A program made the position numbers and the translations under genes. Below, piece after piece: positions 35,601 to 49,790 of a stretch of DNA of 64,000 bases. How positions within the stretch are numbered: the first letter of the stretch is position 1; the number at the start of each line of letters is the position of its first letter. Source of the DNA: Mobula hypostoma (taxonomy: Eukaryota). Where the stretch lies: the NCBI RefSeq assembly GCF_963921235.1, contig NC_086118.1:28522001-28586000 (forward strand), given 5' to 3'. Below the pieces are notes generated by a model, which had not been told where the DNA came from, made no database searches, and saw only the letters and a program-made list of their open reading frames with translations.

Positions 35601-36089
35601 AAAACTACCTTGTTTTGTGTGAAAGCAAAACTGTCTTTTCCACTTCTTTGCTCCTTGCCTCTTGATTGCCCCTTGCCATTCCGTGACTGTAAATGACAAT
35701 TTGCGGTTTCTTTCAAGTACGAAGCAACTGGTATTGCATCCTGTGTGCCGGTAGAGTGAATGCTGCCATTACTGCTTGCATTATATACCTGTGCACATAT
35801 TAAAGGTTTCTGCTGCAGTGTAAAGTGTTGTGTGTGTGTGGTTGGATCAATACTTCTATTTTAGCTTCAATTTGATTAGAAAGACTGATAAAAGCATGTG
35901 CGATATGGTAGATAGAAGGGATTCGTTTTGTGAGAACAGACAGTTTGCAGTTGATCAGATCTTCTTGCAATTTGGGTTCAAACCTATAAGCCATGAAGTA
36001 AGAGCCTTGTGATAATGTGCACCCAGAATAATCTAGTTCTATGTTTAGAACAACCTCCATTCAGATGGAAAGAGGAGATTATTCAACCT

Positions 36090-36185
36090 TAACAACACAC
36101 ACAAAATGCTGGAGAAACTAACAGGTTAGGAAGTAAATATTGAGAGAAATAAGCAGACGATAGTTTGGGCCAAGACCTTTTAGCT
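36090..36185 (-). mobile_element. Penelope-type terminal fragment
   Basis: caacacacacaaaatgctggagaaactaacagg...gtttgggccaagacctt; same family as 12588, 32383 and 55297. Confidence 0.6.
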
Positions 36186-39100
36186 TATGTATGAGTGAAA
36201 GTGGAATGGATACCTGGGCACAAATTAAGAGATTCCTTCATTTCCCATTCCATGCGACTCAGCATTATGGACAGTTAAGACCTGGCCAACGGTTTTCCGG
36301 TACATTGAGAAAAAGGTTCACTGAAATGTGACTTGAATTTGTTCGCAGGCTACAAACGATAAACAAAAACCAGGATTTTTTTCAGATGCTCTGCCAACAA
36401 TATTCGATGGTATTATCAGCACCAGTTTCTTCATCTTCAGCATCCTAATGGTTGTCAATGACCAGAGACTCAATATTAATAGCCACATAGATACTGTAAC
36501 TCTAAGAGTAGGAGGGAGGCTGCATTTCATGTATGGGGTGAACATCCAAATGCCTTTCCACAAGCTACAAGATATCAAATCAGAATTGTGATAGAATTCC
36601 TCTTTATTTGTGTGGTGGAAAATGGCATTGCAACTAGGTGTAAGCTTTCGCAGAGGAATTGTTTCTATGTTACTGTTTTCAAGTGACATGTCAGAGGTGG
36701 TAGTAAGCTATGCTGTTGAATTGCACATCCTGCTGCTGGGAAAAAAAGACATAATGGGAGTTGTGTGGGGAGTTCCAGAATTTAGGCCCATCTTTGAAAG
36801 AATGGTGATAAATTTTCAAGTTGGTGTGATGGAAGTGCGTTTGTCCTGTCCTTCCTGGAGGCAGAGATTTTGTTAGGTGCTGCCAGTCTAACTGTGAGTG
36901 GATTTTCAGATGGTACACACTGATGTTGGTACAAGGAATAAATCTTTGGAATGAAGGATAGGGAACCAGTAGAGATGATTCTTTGCCCTATATTGTTTTG
37001 GTGAAACAGGGCCAGAAAGCGGGAGAATGCTTGAAGTGTGAGGGGTGGGAGGAAGAGGGTAGACAAGCAGAGAGAGTGAGAGGCCAAGTGGATGGATGGA
37101 GTGGGTAAGAGTGACAAAGGCATGGGGGGGTTGAAAAATGGAGGGAGATAGAGAGAATGGGGGAAATATTTGCACTGTTAAGATCGCCTGCATCACTTTC
37201 AGCAAAATAATTATAATCCACAGTTCAATCATAATGAATTTCAGATGACAATTCAGCATGTGTAATCTCTGCTTTATGGCTGTTTGGCTCATGAAAATTC
37301 ATGCTTAATTCACAAGTTACTAAAGTTTGTGAGAACAAAATTCACTTATGGAATTTTTGTCAAAAATATAAATGAAAGCAAAATGGGAAAGAAACAACAA
37401 ATTTTCTCTTTTATTTTTAGGTGCTCAAAACAGTGGGGCAATAAGATTTAGATATGCTGTCATCACGTTGATTTGCCTAGCATATACAGCCAAGCCCCTC
37501 CTTTGCCACAACCTCGCCAGTCTGACAGCATGTGAGCAGACATCTCAGACTGCAGTTTCTTCTGTGAGGCATTTCCTCTAGCAGGCTGCACTATGGGGAG
37601 CTGCTGTAATGATGGCCGGCTTCCTAAAATTATTCCTCAGTCTTTACTCCACTTTCACTATATCACCATGCTTCAATTACCTCAGGACTTCTACACCGCC
37701 ATTCTCTTTCCCTCTGATCTCCACTTCCTAAACCCTTTCCTAAGCCATGAGTCATGTACACCAGAGAAATGGTTTCACAGGTGATGAGTACAGCTTTGCT
37801 ACACTGTTCAATATCCTCAGAGTGGAGAGGACACAGCAAAGGACAGTCTCAGCTCCGACTGCCAACCCATCCTGCAGAGATTATCATATCTAAATCTTAG
37901 TGCTTCACAGTGTTGAGTGACTAAAAAAGAACGGACACAATTTGTTGCTTCTTTCACTCTAGCCTTGTCTAGCTGTTACATTGTGGCAGTGAGTCACTTT
38001 GTCATCACTGATAAAATGGCTTAATATGACAGAAAACATCCTGTAGGAATTTATCTCCACTTGTAACATGGAATTCAATGGGAAAAGGCAAACTGGAACA
38101 CCCCCCCCCCCCCGCCCACAACTAACATGGAGATAGCTTGGAATAATTCTAGATATTATGTGTGCAATGTTATTAATCAAATGAAATACAAAGTTAATAT
38201 TTTAAATTAAAAATACAAACACGAAGGACATGTATTACAATTGTGACCTGTTCGGTGTACTACATGTAGTCGCTACATAGTGCAAGGTGAATTGTATAAA
38301 GTGCTGTTAATACGGTGCAAACCTCATTGTCCAAGGATTTGAATTGACCTTGATATTCACTCAGATACGTTTTCAGGCATTGAAAAATTTGAAATAAGGT
38401 CAAGGGGTACAGGGATTGCAGAATGCTTGGAATAGTCTCTGATTCAGTTTGAGCATTTGTATATACTCTGCCAGTAGGCAGACAAATAATTTTGTAAACT
38501 TTTGATGTCATCTATACATTGTAGTGTTGTTGGATTTGAGCTGTGAGCCAGGGATTCTGGTATATAATGAGTTAATAAACAAATACCTTATTGTCACAGA
38601 TTACATCTTTAAAAATCTGGCCAAACTTTTTGTAAATATCCTTGTAATATTGCCCATTGATTGCTGAAGAAGAGCAGTGATATTCTCTGGGTATACTGAT
38701 CAAACCAGCAGATTATCTAACATGTAGGAGTGTTTAAACCTCAGTAAGAGCAAATTGACTTGAGGTATCTTTGGTTATGAAATATTTTGAGGTATCCAAA
38801 GCTTTTGATCATTTGAGGCAGGAGATGTGGAATAAAATGATGCATAGCATAGTCATTACAAAGAAGGTCAAAATGACCCTGTCCATTTTACACTGTTGGC
38901 ATCTGGAACTAATTTATACCAGAATGAAGTAGTACTGCCACTATTTAGCTAATTTTCATTATGAATTGTTCTATTTGGATACTTAAGTGGTTAGAAATAG
39001 GATCAAAATTTGTACTGTCTCAGCAAAAGATGATAATTGATGCCTAGAAATTGGATTGCACAGTCCTGGCTGTTTTGGTACTGCATGACTGAAAAAGCAA

Positions 39101-40902
39101 TTTAACCCTGGTTAAGTTGCATTTGGGGTCCATTTCCAGATCCAATAAAGCCACTGGCAAATTTGATTGGTACTTATGATGAAGATGCCTTTGTAACCTC
39201 TGTGATTTTCCTTTGGGAATGCATGTGATGATGCCATTCCTCATAATTCACCTGTTGGGGGAGTTTATTGTTCATAATTCCCTCCCCTGCACTCAACCCC
39301 ATCCCTTCTTCTTTTTTGTTTTACCGCCACCTGCTAGACTTCTTGTGTTCCAACCAAATATGTCCTGGAGTTCTCTACTTTAGACAATCTAGTTCAGCCT
39401 GCAGTTCTCTATTAGCATCACTCTGTAGTTGCAATTCCTCGTGAATGCTTAATGCACTCATTAGATACTGCCGCAAACTGCTATTCCTCCCTAATTTTGT
39501 CACGTTTTCATGTAGTTGCATTACCTCAATTACATTGATTTCATCTACATCACCTGTAAGTCTAAAATCGTCTTGTTAAAGAATAGTAATTATCGCACGT
39601 TATACTTTTAAAATTGCTGCTTTTCCAAGTCTATCTGCTTTTTCAGGTTTTCCTTTTCTTGGATCGTAGCCTGCAGTTGTTTACTGAGACCTTGGAATTC
39701 TTCTTCATTTGCTTCCATGTTTTCATTTTATAATCTGATTGTAGATCATTCACTTTGCAACAAATTCCTTTTCCTTTTGTATCCTTGTAATAATTTCCTC
39801 CATTTTCCAATCTCTTTCCAACTCACCGTTGTTCTTGTCGGGTACTTCTATTTGTTGTTGGAGTTCTGCATATTTACCTTGGGCTTCAACCATAAAATCT
39901 GAGGATTTTCCTTAAGTTCTGAAACATTTCTTGACCATTTGCGATAAATATACTGCCATTAAGATTCCATCTCCCCTGCCTGTGAACTGTTGGATCCTCC
40001 ATTCAGCGTTTCTTTGACTTCTTCCCCCATCCCTATGCGTCCCGTTGAAACCTCAATGTCGTTCATGGACTCTTCCATTCCCAAGCTGCTGCTGATCTCT
40101 TTTTTGCCCACCTTTTCCCTCTGACTGACTCTATCAATCACTGACCTCCATCCCCCAGCGATAAATGTAGGCCTCCCCAAACCATTTTTACTCCCAACCC
40201 CCATCCTTGCTGTTAGCCAGTTTGATGGAAAACAGAGGACAACCTAAATGCACCCAGGCTCTAGTATCCGCAACACCCACCCCCCCACTCCCAGCTAGAT
40301 GTAGGTCCAACAGGGCTCACGGTTGATCTCCTACCTTCCACCCTTTTCAAGGAATCACTGGATTTGGAAATGTGAACTGTAATTGATAACACTAGTATTG
40401 TCACTATTCTACCCTATCAATGCTCATTCTAATTGCTGCTTAGGGTGCACTGAAAATTCTACCCAAGACTGGAGCCATATTATTCTGCCCAAAACTATAG
40501 CCTATGACACCAGAAAATATCTATTCTGTCCCTTCACTCTCTGCTGCCATTATGTGAACAGAACTTCAATAGGACTTTTCCACACTTTTGACTCCCTTTC
40601 ATCCAGGACAAACGGGTATTACTAATTTCTTCAAGGACTTGAAACATCAAGGGAGTCTTGTCCAGGTATGTTCCATACTTCCTCTGAAAAGGCCTCCTGA
40701 TATTTATTCCTCACGTTTTGCATCCTTCCAGTCTCTGCTATTCATCCCCAGTTGGTTTTCTGCCAACCTCAGTTGTACGATTCACATGACCCGTGCAACT
40801 CAGCTGATATGAGGACATCTGTGGGCTTGTTTCCCATGTGCATCAGAGCATTGAGCCCTGAGCAAAAGCCTTTATATGTTTTCCAGTGCAATCTCCATTG
40901 GG

Positions 40903-41395
40903 ATTGATTTATTATTGTAACATGTACTGAGCTACAGTGAAAAGCTTGTCTTGCATACTGTTCATACTGACCAAAGTGAATTGAGGCAGAGTGAGGTAAA
41001 CAATAGCTGAGTACAGCATAAAGTACAATAGCTACAGAGAAATTGGAGTTCAGGTAGGTAATGAGGTGCAAGATCATAACCAAGTCGAGAGTCCATCTAA
41101 TACATTTACTAGTCTTACAGCAGTGAGGTACAGTCTGTCTTTGAGCCTGGTAGTGCTTTTAGGCTTTTGTTTCTTCTGAGATGGAGAGGTAGAGGGGGAG
41201 AGAAATACATATTACATAAATAAATAAAAATATATATAAATATAAAATGTTCAGGGTGGATAGAGTCTTTGATTATATTGGCTGCTTTACCAAGAAGTGA
41301 GAAGTATAGACTGAGTCTATGGAGGGGAGACAGTCACAGACAAAGCAGTTGATATACCAAATGTTGGTGCATCCAAATAGGATGCTTTGTGATGT
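40903..41395 (-). mobile_element. Degenerate Rex1/Babar-type LINE 3' end
   Basis: Tail tttattattgtaacatgtactgagctacagtgaaaagc; reverse KAANIIKDSIHPEH remnant near 41250-41290. Confidence 0.7.
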
Positions 41396-43124
41396 TATTA
41401 TTCTGGAAGTTCTCTTAGAATGCTAGGTTCAATGTGCTAAGCTTAAACTTGTGTGAATTCTCTCATTCACCAGTTCCTACATAATCCTTCGGAGGTAATT
41501 GCTGGATTGGAAAATGTGAATTGCCTATCTCACAGGTCTGAAAAATGCACCTTTTAACTAGTATATTTAGCCTGACCACTTGCTGGTGTCTGAAGCTATT
41601 GTGTTAGACATACACTTTTTGACTTCTGTAATGTTCCCAGAAGAGGCCTTGCCTCTGGTTGGACTTAAGTTCACCAATGCTCTTGTCCCTGCTCCTATAA
41701 CCAGTAGGAATAATGTCATCATCTTTTCACGTGTAACCATGTTTCTCAACTTTATGACTCTCTGAGAGACCTTGATGTTATTTTTCGTCTTCAAACAATG
41801 AGGATGAACATTATCATTTTCATTTGACTTATACACGTGGCAAATGGCTGAGTTCTCTAGTATTCCTCAAGCTCACTGACATATTTACCCACCACAGCTG
41901 TCTGCCTGCATTACTGCTTTGCCTATGAGACAACTAGCAAGAATAGAATTGCCAATAAAACATCCTCCAGTGGCTTGTACAACAATGCAGCACATCATGT
42001 GCATAGTCTTTAAAGATACAGTTGAGTGCGTGTTCTATGATTTTGAGTTTACTAGATTGAACAGATGATGTATTCCAATGTGATGTGTGTTCAAGCGAAG
42101 GAGAACTGTGACCTATGCTGGGGATTAAATAACAACACGTTTATATGTATATAAAGAGTTTTATAGCCACTTTACAGATCAGATTGTGACTAATGGGCCA
42201 ACATCGATGTTTCACTATGTCAGTTTGTGTTGAACTCTCCCATGCTGATAGTCAGGTTGACCCAGATAGATAAATTGGCAGCTGGACATTGCTGTGAAAA
42301 TTGGTTTGCAGCTCAAGTTCATAATAGGGAATACGCTCACATCTTTTCTTGTGTGTATGGACAAGCTTATTCTCTTGACATTCACCATGACATTTCTGTG
42401 CTAATCTTGTGAGCTGTACATAAATGTCCATCATTATTGGAGTCAGCTACAAGAGCTGAAGATTCACACATAATTTTTCTTTGATGGCTATAATAAAACT
42501 ATTCATAATTTTTGTGCAACTCATTAATACGACAGTATGACGTGCACTGTGGAACAAGCACAGCCTCGTGCTTTTTGCTTTCCTCAAAGGAACTTTCTGA
42601 TCTGGGCCACTGGGAAAAGACACCCAGCAGAGGTCAGGAATAAAATGTTGTGTTGAAAGGAAAGTCTCTGTTATAGTCACTCCAGCCACTGCCGAAGAAA
42701 TGATAATCATTTGTTGCAAACAGAAATCCTGTGTAAATTGTTTCCACACCATTGAGAACAAAGATTGCGTTATTAGGAAAGAAAGGAAAATATTTTTGAT
42801 GTATTCAAGAGCATAAATAAGTAAGTCAGTTTTACTTTTAATCATTAATGGAAAATCTAAAATATTAAAAAACTTGAACTTAAATAGGCAAATGTTTCCT
42901 GATCAAAAATAAAAGCCTCCCATATACATATCATGAAAATGCATTAAAATACAAAACCACATTATTAATGAATTCTTCAGTTTATACTTTATGAATCCCC
43001 TCTTTTGAGGGACACTTTGGAGAACCATCTTAAAGTGGTTGATACAATTGCTATTTTAAGACATTAGGCTTTCTCATGGTTTTTCATTGAATGAGGGAGA
43101 ATCTTGCAGTTGATGAAAATCATA

Positions 43125-43240
43125 AAACTGAAATCGTAAAACAGGAAAATCTGAGGATAAAATACTGGCGATCCTCAGCTTGTCAGGCAGCATCTATGGA
43201 TAGGGAAATACAGTTGATGTTTCAGGTTAAAGAATTTAGG
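43125..43240 (-). mobile_element. Penelope-type terminal fragment
   Basis: aaaatactggcgatcctcagcttgtcaggcagcatctatgga...gttgatgtttcagg. Confidence 0.5.
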
Positions 43241-43599
43241 AGCAGAGAACTTGTGGAGAAAATGGGAAGCGATGGCTAGGGACATAAAATATTGCCAGTG
43301 TTTTGCAGTTCATCACACACTATTAGCTCCTGTTTACATTGGGTTAACACCTTCATTAAGCTTTGTTATGTGACTTGAACCATTCATATTGTGATTTTCA
43401 TAATGGGCATACCAAATTATTCTCATGTCAAGCTGCATCTTTTTATAAAACGGAATGATCTTTTTTCATAGTACTTTGGGATGAGACTAATTTTAGAGTC
43501 TTTTCTCACTTTACAAATCTCATTCTACACAAAGTGTAGCCAAGAAACTTTTCTCATGAATTCAATACTAGGCTGCTTCAATGTCAAACAGAAATTAAA

Positions 43600-44570
43600 T
43601 AGTTTAGCGGTAAAGCTTTCAAACAGATCCCTCGTGGTAGGCTGATCCAGAAGAATAAAACACATGGGATCTATGGAAAATTGGATTCCAAATTAGTTTT
43701 TGTCATAGAAGGGAGAGGGTAGTGGTGGAGCCATATTATTCTGACTGAAGGTCTGAATGTGCCAAGAGGTTCAGTACTGAACCTCTTTTGGATGAAAATG
43801 TAGATGGGCTGATGGGCTAAATTTTCAGATGATGCCAAATTTGGCGGTGTTGCAGATAATGATGAAGGTTGTCAAAACATGTGAGCAGAGAGAATGGCAG
43901 GTGGAGTTTAATCTGGGTAGTCTAAACTGCTGCACTTTGAGAGGTCAAACACAAGTGTAAAGTATAAAGTAAACAGTAGGACCCTTAAGAGCACTGAAGT
44001 ACAAAGAGTTCTTGGGGTCCAAGTTGATAGCTTGCTAAAAAGTGGTTACACAAGTAGATAGCATACTTGCCTTCAACAGTGGGTTGTTAAATATAAAAGA
44101 CAGCTCTATAAAACTTTTGTTAGGGTGCATTTGGAGTCTTGTGCTTATTTCTGGTCACTATGTTACAGGAAGAGTGTAGAAACTCTGGAGATGATGCAGC
44201 AGAGGCTCATCAGGATAGATGTCTCCATTAGAAAGTATTTTCTGTAAAGAGTGGTTTGCTGAGGAGTAACATGATAGAAGTCTATAAAACTGAGAGGTAT
44301 GGATAAAGTAGATTACTCCATTTTTTTTCCACGATGGAAATACCAAATGCCAGAGTGCACAGTGATAATTTGGTGTAGAAAGTTTAAAGAAGATTTGAGA
44401 GTTGTTTTTTTTACACATACAGAGATACTTGAAATGTGCTGCCAGGTGAAGTAGTGGAAGCAGTTATAACATTCAAGGGATGTTTAAGAGGTATATGATC
44501 AGACAGGAAAAAGGATGGTTATAAAGTACAAACGTTTGTAGGTGCGGGAAGATGGAATCAGTCTTGACTG
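43600..44570 (+). mobile_element. Degenerate CR1 RT/3' part
   Basis: KAFKQIPRGRL, KFSDDAKFGG, LYKTFVRVHLESCAYFWS motifs with many stops and indels. Confidence 0.8.
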
Positions 44571-45419
44571 TCATCATGATCTCCTCCTGTGCTATATTCT
44601 ATGTCCCAGCTCTTTGAATGCATGTGTGTATCACATGTGCAAGCATACGCACCCCCTAATAATAGCCCACTGATGTTTGCTGAAAGCACTGACATTGTTA
44701 CTCTGTAAATTGCTTTGAGTATGTAGATTAGGAACTTCTCTTGCATGCTTATTCAACAGAAGCATTGTTCTTGTAAAACTACAAAAAATTGTTGGTAGGT
44801 ACTCAACTTGCTCACTCTCTAAACACTAAAATTTCTTGAAGCTACTTCAATAATACATTCCTTTGATGATTTGCATTGTGATATGGGTAATGATTACTCC
44901 TGCATTAATGTCCCTTTTGTTCGATCTTCACACTCCACACATGACTTGGAACAAGTGGGTGTGGCTTTTTGTCAAAGTTCAAGAGCTTAGCTAACAGTGC
45001 CTGGTAAGTAAGAACACATCTTCAGAAAGTGTTTTTATTTCTTTGCAAGATATCTGTACACTACATGGACGTGATTGATTGAAAACTGCATATGGTCTGC
45101 AGCAAATTTTTAAAACCATGCTGCTTGCTGATGCTGGGGAATGTTACAGAGAATTTTATCAGTTGTTTATCAAATGGTTGGATTATGCAAGTATTCCTGA
45201 TATGTTGTGTTTGATTGTTTGACCATAGTTTTTTAGTGACTGGTGACTATTGCAAGATTCTTTACTGCTCGTAGTACACTCAAGTTAATGGAGAGTATTG
45301 TGTAACACTGTACTAAAATAGTGTTTTTGAGATTGTATTTTAAGGGAATGGTATAATTAGATTGTCATTGATAGGACTTTGGCCTTCTCTTTTTCAGAAC
45401 TTCTTGTGGATAACCTTAC

Positions 45420-45645
45420 CTTCTCACCTTCACCCTCACCTTTACCCCCCTCTCTCTTTCTCTATCCCTTCATCTCTCTATCTTTCTCTCTCCCTTCTTC
45501 TCTCTCTCTTCCTTTTTCTCTCTGTCCATCTCTCTCTCCTTCTTCCTCTCCTCTCTCTCTCTCCCTCTTTCTCCCCTCGCCCCCCTCTCCCCTCTCTCCC
45601 CTCACACCCCCCTCTCCCACTTGCCCCCTCTCCCTCTCTCCCTCC
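45420..45645 (+). repeat. CT-rich polypyrimidine simple repeat
   Basis: Almost pure C/T tract. Confidence 0.95.
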
Positions 45646-46322
45646 TAGAAGTTTGTGAAGATTCCACATGACATCTAAAACTTTTACAGATTCTATCGAT
45701 GTATAGTGGAGAGTATTTTGTCTGGCTGCATCACAGCCTGGTATATGTCTTTGAATGGAAAATCCTACAAAAAGTAGTGGATACGGCCCAGTCCATTGTG
45801 GGTAAAACCTCCCAAAATTGAGCACATCTACATGAAGCACTGTCGCAGGAAAGCAACATCCTTCATCAGGGACCCCACCACCCAGGGCTGCTCTTTTCTT
45901 GCTGCCATCAGGAAGAAGCTCCAGGAGTTTCAGGACTCAAACCACCAGGTTCAGGAACAGTTAATACCCCTCAACCATCAGGCTGTTGAATCAAAAAGGA
46001 TAACTTCATTCAACTTCATTTGCCCCATCATTGAGAAGTTCCCACAACCTATGGAATAACTTTCAGGGACTCTTCATCTCATATTCTCATATTTACTGTT
46101 TATTTATTTTTTATTATTATTGCTTTATTTTTGTATTTGCACAGTTTATTACATTTTGCACACTTACTGAATGTCCAGGTTGGTGTGGTCTTTCATTGAG
46201 TCTCATTATTCCATTATGGATTTATTGAGTATTCCCACAAGAAAATGAATCTTGGGGTTGTATATGGTAACCTATATATACTTTGTTATTAAGTTTGCTT
46301 AGTTCTTAGAACTTTGAACTTT
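45645..46322 (+). mobile_element. Rex1/Babar-type LINE 3' end
   Basis: FYRCIVESILSGCITAWY, IEHIYMKHCRRKATSFIRDP, TTRFRNS; (GAACTTT)n tail. Confidence 0.8.
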
Positions 46323-46721
46323 AAACTAGAGACTCAGTCTGTTAGGAGGCTGCCTGTTCCTGTGATGGTAATGATGACATGGGGATAATGCCAATAGTGT
46401 TAGCTCTTGGCGGTACAGATCTTGGCTTGGGTACTGCATTGTCAGGAGGGAGTAGCTCTGAAGCACAAATGTTGGAGTACTGGCTGTGTCATTTGATCTT
46501 AATGGAGGTTCTGCACTACTTGTCTCAAGATCCTGTCCCATTTCTACAACTGGACCTGGATAGTTCAGTTTGTGTTAGTTTTTAGTAGCCTCATAACTGA
46601 GCAACAGCCGATCAACGCGCCTTCTCCAGATGTTATGATTGCTAGTTTCCACTAGCACAGGACTAGTTCGAGCCACCACCAGCATCACAGGTATCCACTT
46701 TGTTCCAGAGATGTCTTTCCA

Positions 46722-49680
46722 TTAGACCATAAGAGCAGAAATAAGATATAGGAACAGAATTAGGCCATTTGACCCATCGAATCTGCTCCACCATTTCATC
46801 ATGGCTAATCCAATTTTCCTCTCAGCTCCAGTCTCCTGCCTTCTCCCCGTATTCCTTCATGCCCTGACCAATCAAGAATCTATCAAACTCTGCCTTAAAT
46901 ATACGTAAAGACTTGGCCTCCACAGCTGCCTGTGATAATGAATTCCACAGATTTACCACTCCCTGGCTGAAGAAATTTTTCCTCATCTCCATTCTAAAAG
47001 GATGCTCCTCTGTTCTGAGGCTGTGTCCTCTGGTCCTAGACTTTCACATCATAGGAAATACCCTCTCTACATCCACACTATCAAGGCCTTTCAACATTCG
47101 ATAGGTTTCAATGATGTCACCCCTCATTCTTCTGAATTCTGGTGAATACAGTTGCAGAGCTATCAAGCGCTCTTCATTTGACAAGCCATCAAATCTAAAA
47201 TCAGTTTCGTGAATCTCCTTTGAACCCTCTCCAGTTTCAGTACATCTTTTCTAAGGGGCCCAGACCTGCTTCAAAACTCCAAGTGAGGCATTACAAATTT
47301 GTTTTTATTATTCTACTCCTGTTGAAATGAATGCTAACATCACATTTGCCTTCCTCACCACAGACTCGACCTGCAGATTAACCTCTAGAAGATCCTGCAT
47401 AAGGACTCCCAAGTCCCTTAGCACCTCAGTTTTTGTATTTTCCCTTCATTGAGACAATAGTCAACCCTTTTACCAAAGTACATGACCGTATACTTCCTGA
47501 CACTGTATTTCATCTGCCACTTCTTTGCCAATTTTCCTAATTTGCCTAAGTCCTTCTGTAACTTCCCTACTTCCTCAAAACTACCTGTCCCACACTTACC
47601 TTCATATTGTCTACAAACCTTGCACGAAAACCACCAATTTTATCGTCCAAGTAATTGACATATAACATAAAAAAAAATCAATCCCAACATACATCCCTGT
47701 GGAACACCACTAGTCACCGGCAGCCAACCAGAAAAATCTCCCTTTTCCCACTCTTCGGCTCCTGCCAATCAGCCACTACTTAATCCATGCTAGAATCTTT
47801 CCTGTGATACCATGGACTGGTAGCATGTCAAGCAGATTCATGTGTGGTACCTTGTCAAAGGCCTTCTGAAAAACTAACCAATTCTCCTTTGTCTATCCTG
47901 CTTGTTACTTCCTCAAAGAATTTCAACAGATTTGTCAGGCAAGATTTTCCCTCGAGGAAACCATGCTGACAATGGGCTGTTTTATCATGTGCCTCCAAGT
48001 ACCCCGAGACTTCATCCTTAATAATCGACTCCAACATCTTCCCAACCACTGAGTTCAGAGTGACTGGCTTATAGTTTCCTTTCTTCTGCCTCTCTCTCTT
48101 CTTGAAGAGTGGGGTGACATTTGCAATTTTCCAGTCTTCTGGAACATTCCAGAATCTAATGATTCTTAAAAGATCATTACTAATGCTTCCATGATCTCTT
48201 CAGCCAGCCCTTTCAAAACCCTGTTTCTAGTGACTTATCTACCTTCAGACATTTCAGTTTCTTTCTAGTAACGATAACCACACGTTTCATGCCCCTGACA
48301 CCTGGAACTTCCACTATACTGCTAGCATCTTTCACAGTGAAGACTGATGCAAAATACTTTTTCATTTTGTCTGCCGTTTTGCTGTCCCCCATTAATACCT
48401 CTCCAGCATCATTTTTCAGCAATCCAATGTCCATTCTTTTCTCTCTTTTACACTTTATGTATCTGAAGATACTTTTAGTATCCTTTTTAATATTATTGTC
48501 TATTGGCTAGCTTTCATTTGTAGTCCATCTTTACCTTAATGACTTTTTTACTTGCCTTCTGTTGGTTTTTGAAAGCTTCCCAATCTTCTAACTTCCCACT
48601 AATTTTTGCTCTATTATATGCCCTCTCTTTTGCTTTTATGTTGGCCTTGACTTCTCTTGTTAGTCATGGTTATGTCATTTTTCCTTTAGAACACTTCTTC
48701 CTCTTTGGGATGTATATATCCTCTGTCTTCTGAATTGCTTCCAGAAATTCCAGCCATTACTGCTCTGCTGTCATCCCAGCCAGTGTTGTTTTCCAATCAT
48801 TTCTGGCCAATTCCCTTTACTCCACTATAATACTGATACATCTGACTTTAGCTTCTCCTTCTCAAATTTCAGGGTGAATTTGATCATATTATGGTCGTTG
48901 CCCCTAAAGGTTCCTTTACCTTAAGCTCTCTAATCAATTCTGGTTCATTGCACAGCACCCAATCCAGAATAGTTGGACTTCCAGTAGGCTCAACCATGAG
49001 TTGTTCTAAAATGCCATCTTGTAGGCACTCTAGAAATTTCCCCTCCTATAATCCAGCACCGACCTGATTTTCCCAATCTATCTACTTATTGTGGTCTCCC
49101 ATGATTATTGTAATACTGTATTGCCCTTTAGGCATGCATTTTCTATCTCCCATTGTAATTTGTAGACAACATCCTTACTACTGTTTGGGAGTCTGTATAC
49201 AACTTCCATCAGCGTCTTTTTACCCTTGCAGTTCCTTAGCTCTATCTTCCAACCCAATGTCATTGCTTTCTAATGATTTGATTTCAGTTTTTATCAACAG
49301 AGCATGCCGCCCCCTCTGCCTTCCTGCCTACACTCTTGATACAATATGTATTCTTAGACATTAAGCACCCAGCTATAACATTTCAGCCATGATTCAACGA
49401 TGCCTACAGCATCATATCTGCCCGTCTGCAACTGTGCTGCAAGTTCATCTACCTAATGCCCTATACTGCGCACGTTCAGATGCAACACCTTCAGTCTGGT
49501 ATTCACCCTTTTCTATCTTGTCCGCTTTTTACATTGCAATTCATCCTGTTGACTGCATTTTTACTCGAGGAAGAGCCCTTCCTCAATGCACATTGCGTCT
49601 GTTTGTAAACCAGCTACCTCATCTTCAGCACCATTATCCACCTTTCCTAAGATACTTCTTGTATTGAAATATAGGCAGCT
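46722..49680 (-). mobile_element. Degenerate CR1 LINE covering most of ORF2 (endonuclease + RT)
   Basis: CLYFNTRSILGKVD endonuclease start; VGKMLESIIKD, QHGFLEGKSCLTNLLKFFEEVT; tail agaccataagagcagaaataagatatagg at left. Confidence 0.9.
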
Positions 49681-49681
49681 C

Positions 49682-49790
49682 ATGAGACCATATGACATAG
49701 GAGCAGAATTAGGCCATTCAGCCCATTGATTCTGCTCCGCCATTCCATCAGAGCTAATCCCAAGTCCCACTCAATCCCATACACCTGCCT
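49682..49790 (-). mobile_element. CR1 3' tail fragment
   Basis: gaccatatgacataggagcagaattaggccattcagccc, same pattern as other CR1 tails. Confidence 0.7.

Noticed and set aside
36330..40380. Very old LINE-like traces near 36740-36935 and 39300-39950
   Set aside because: Too degraded to assign a family or boundaries
45362..45840. Pro/Leu/Ser- or Arg/Gly-rich ORFs (also 53433-54089)
   Set aside because: Translations of CT-rich simple repeats
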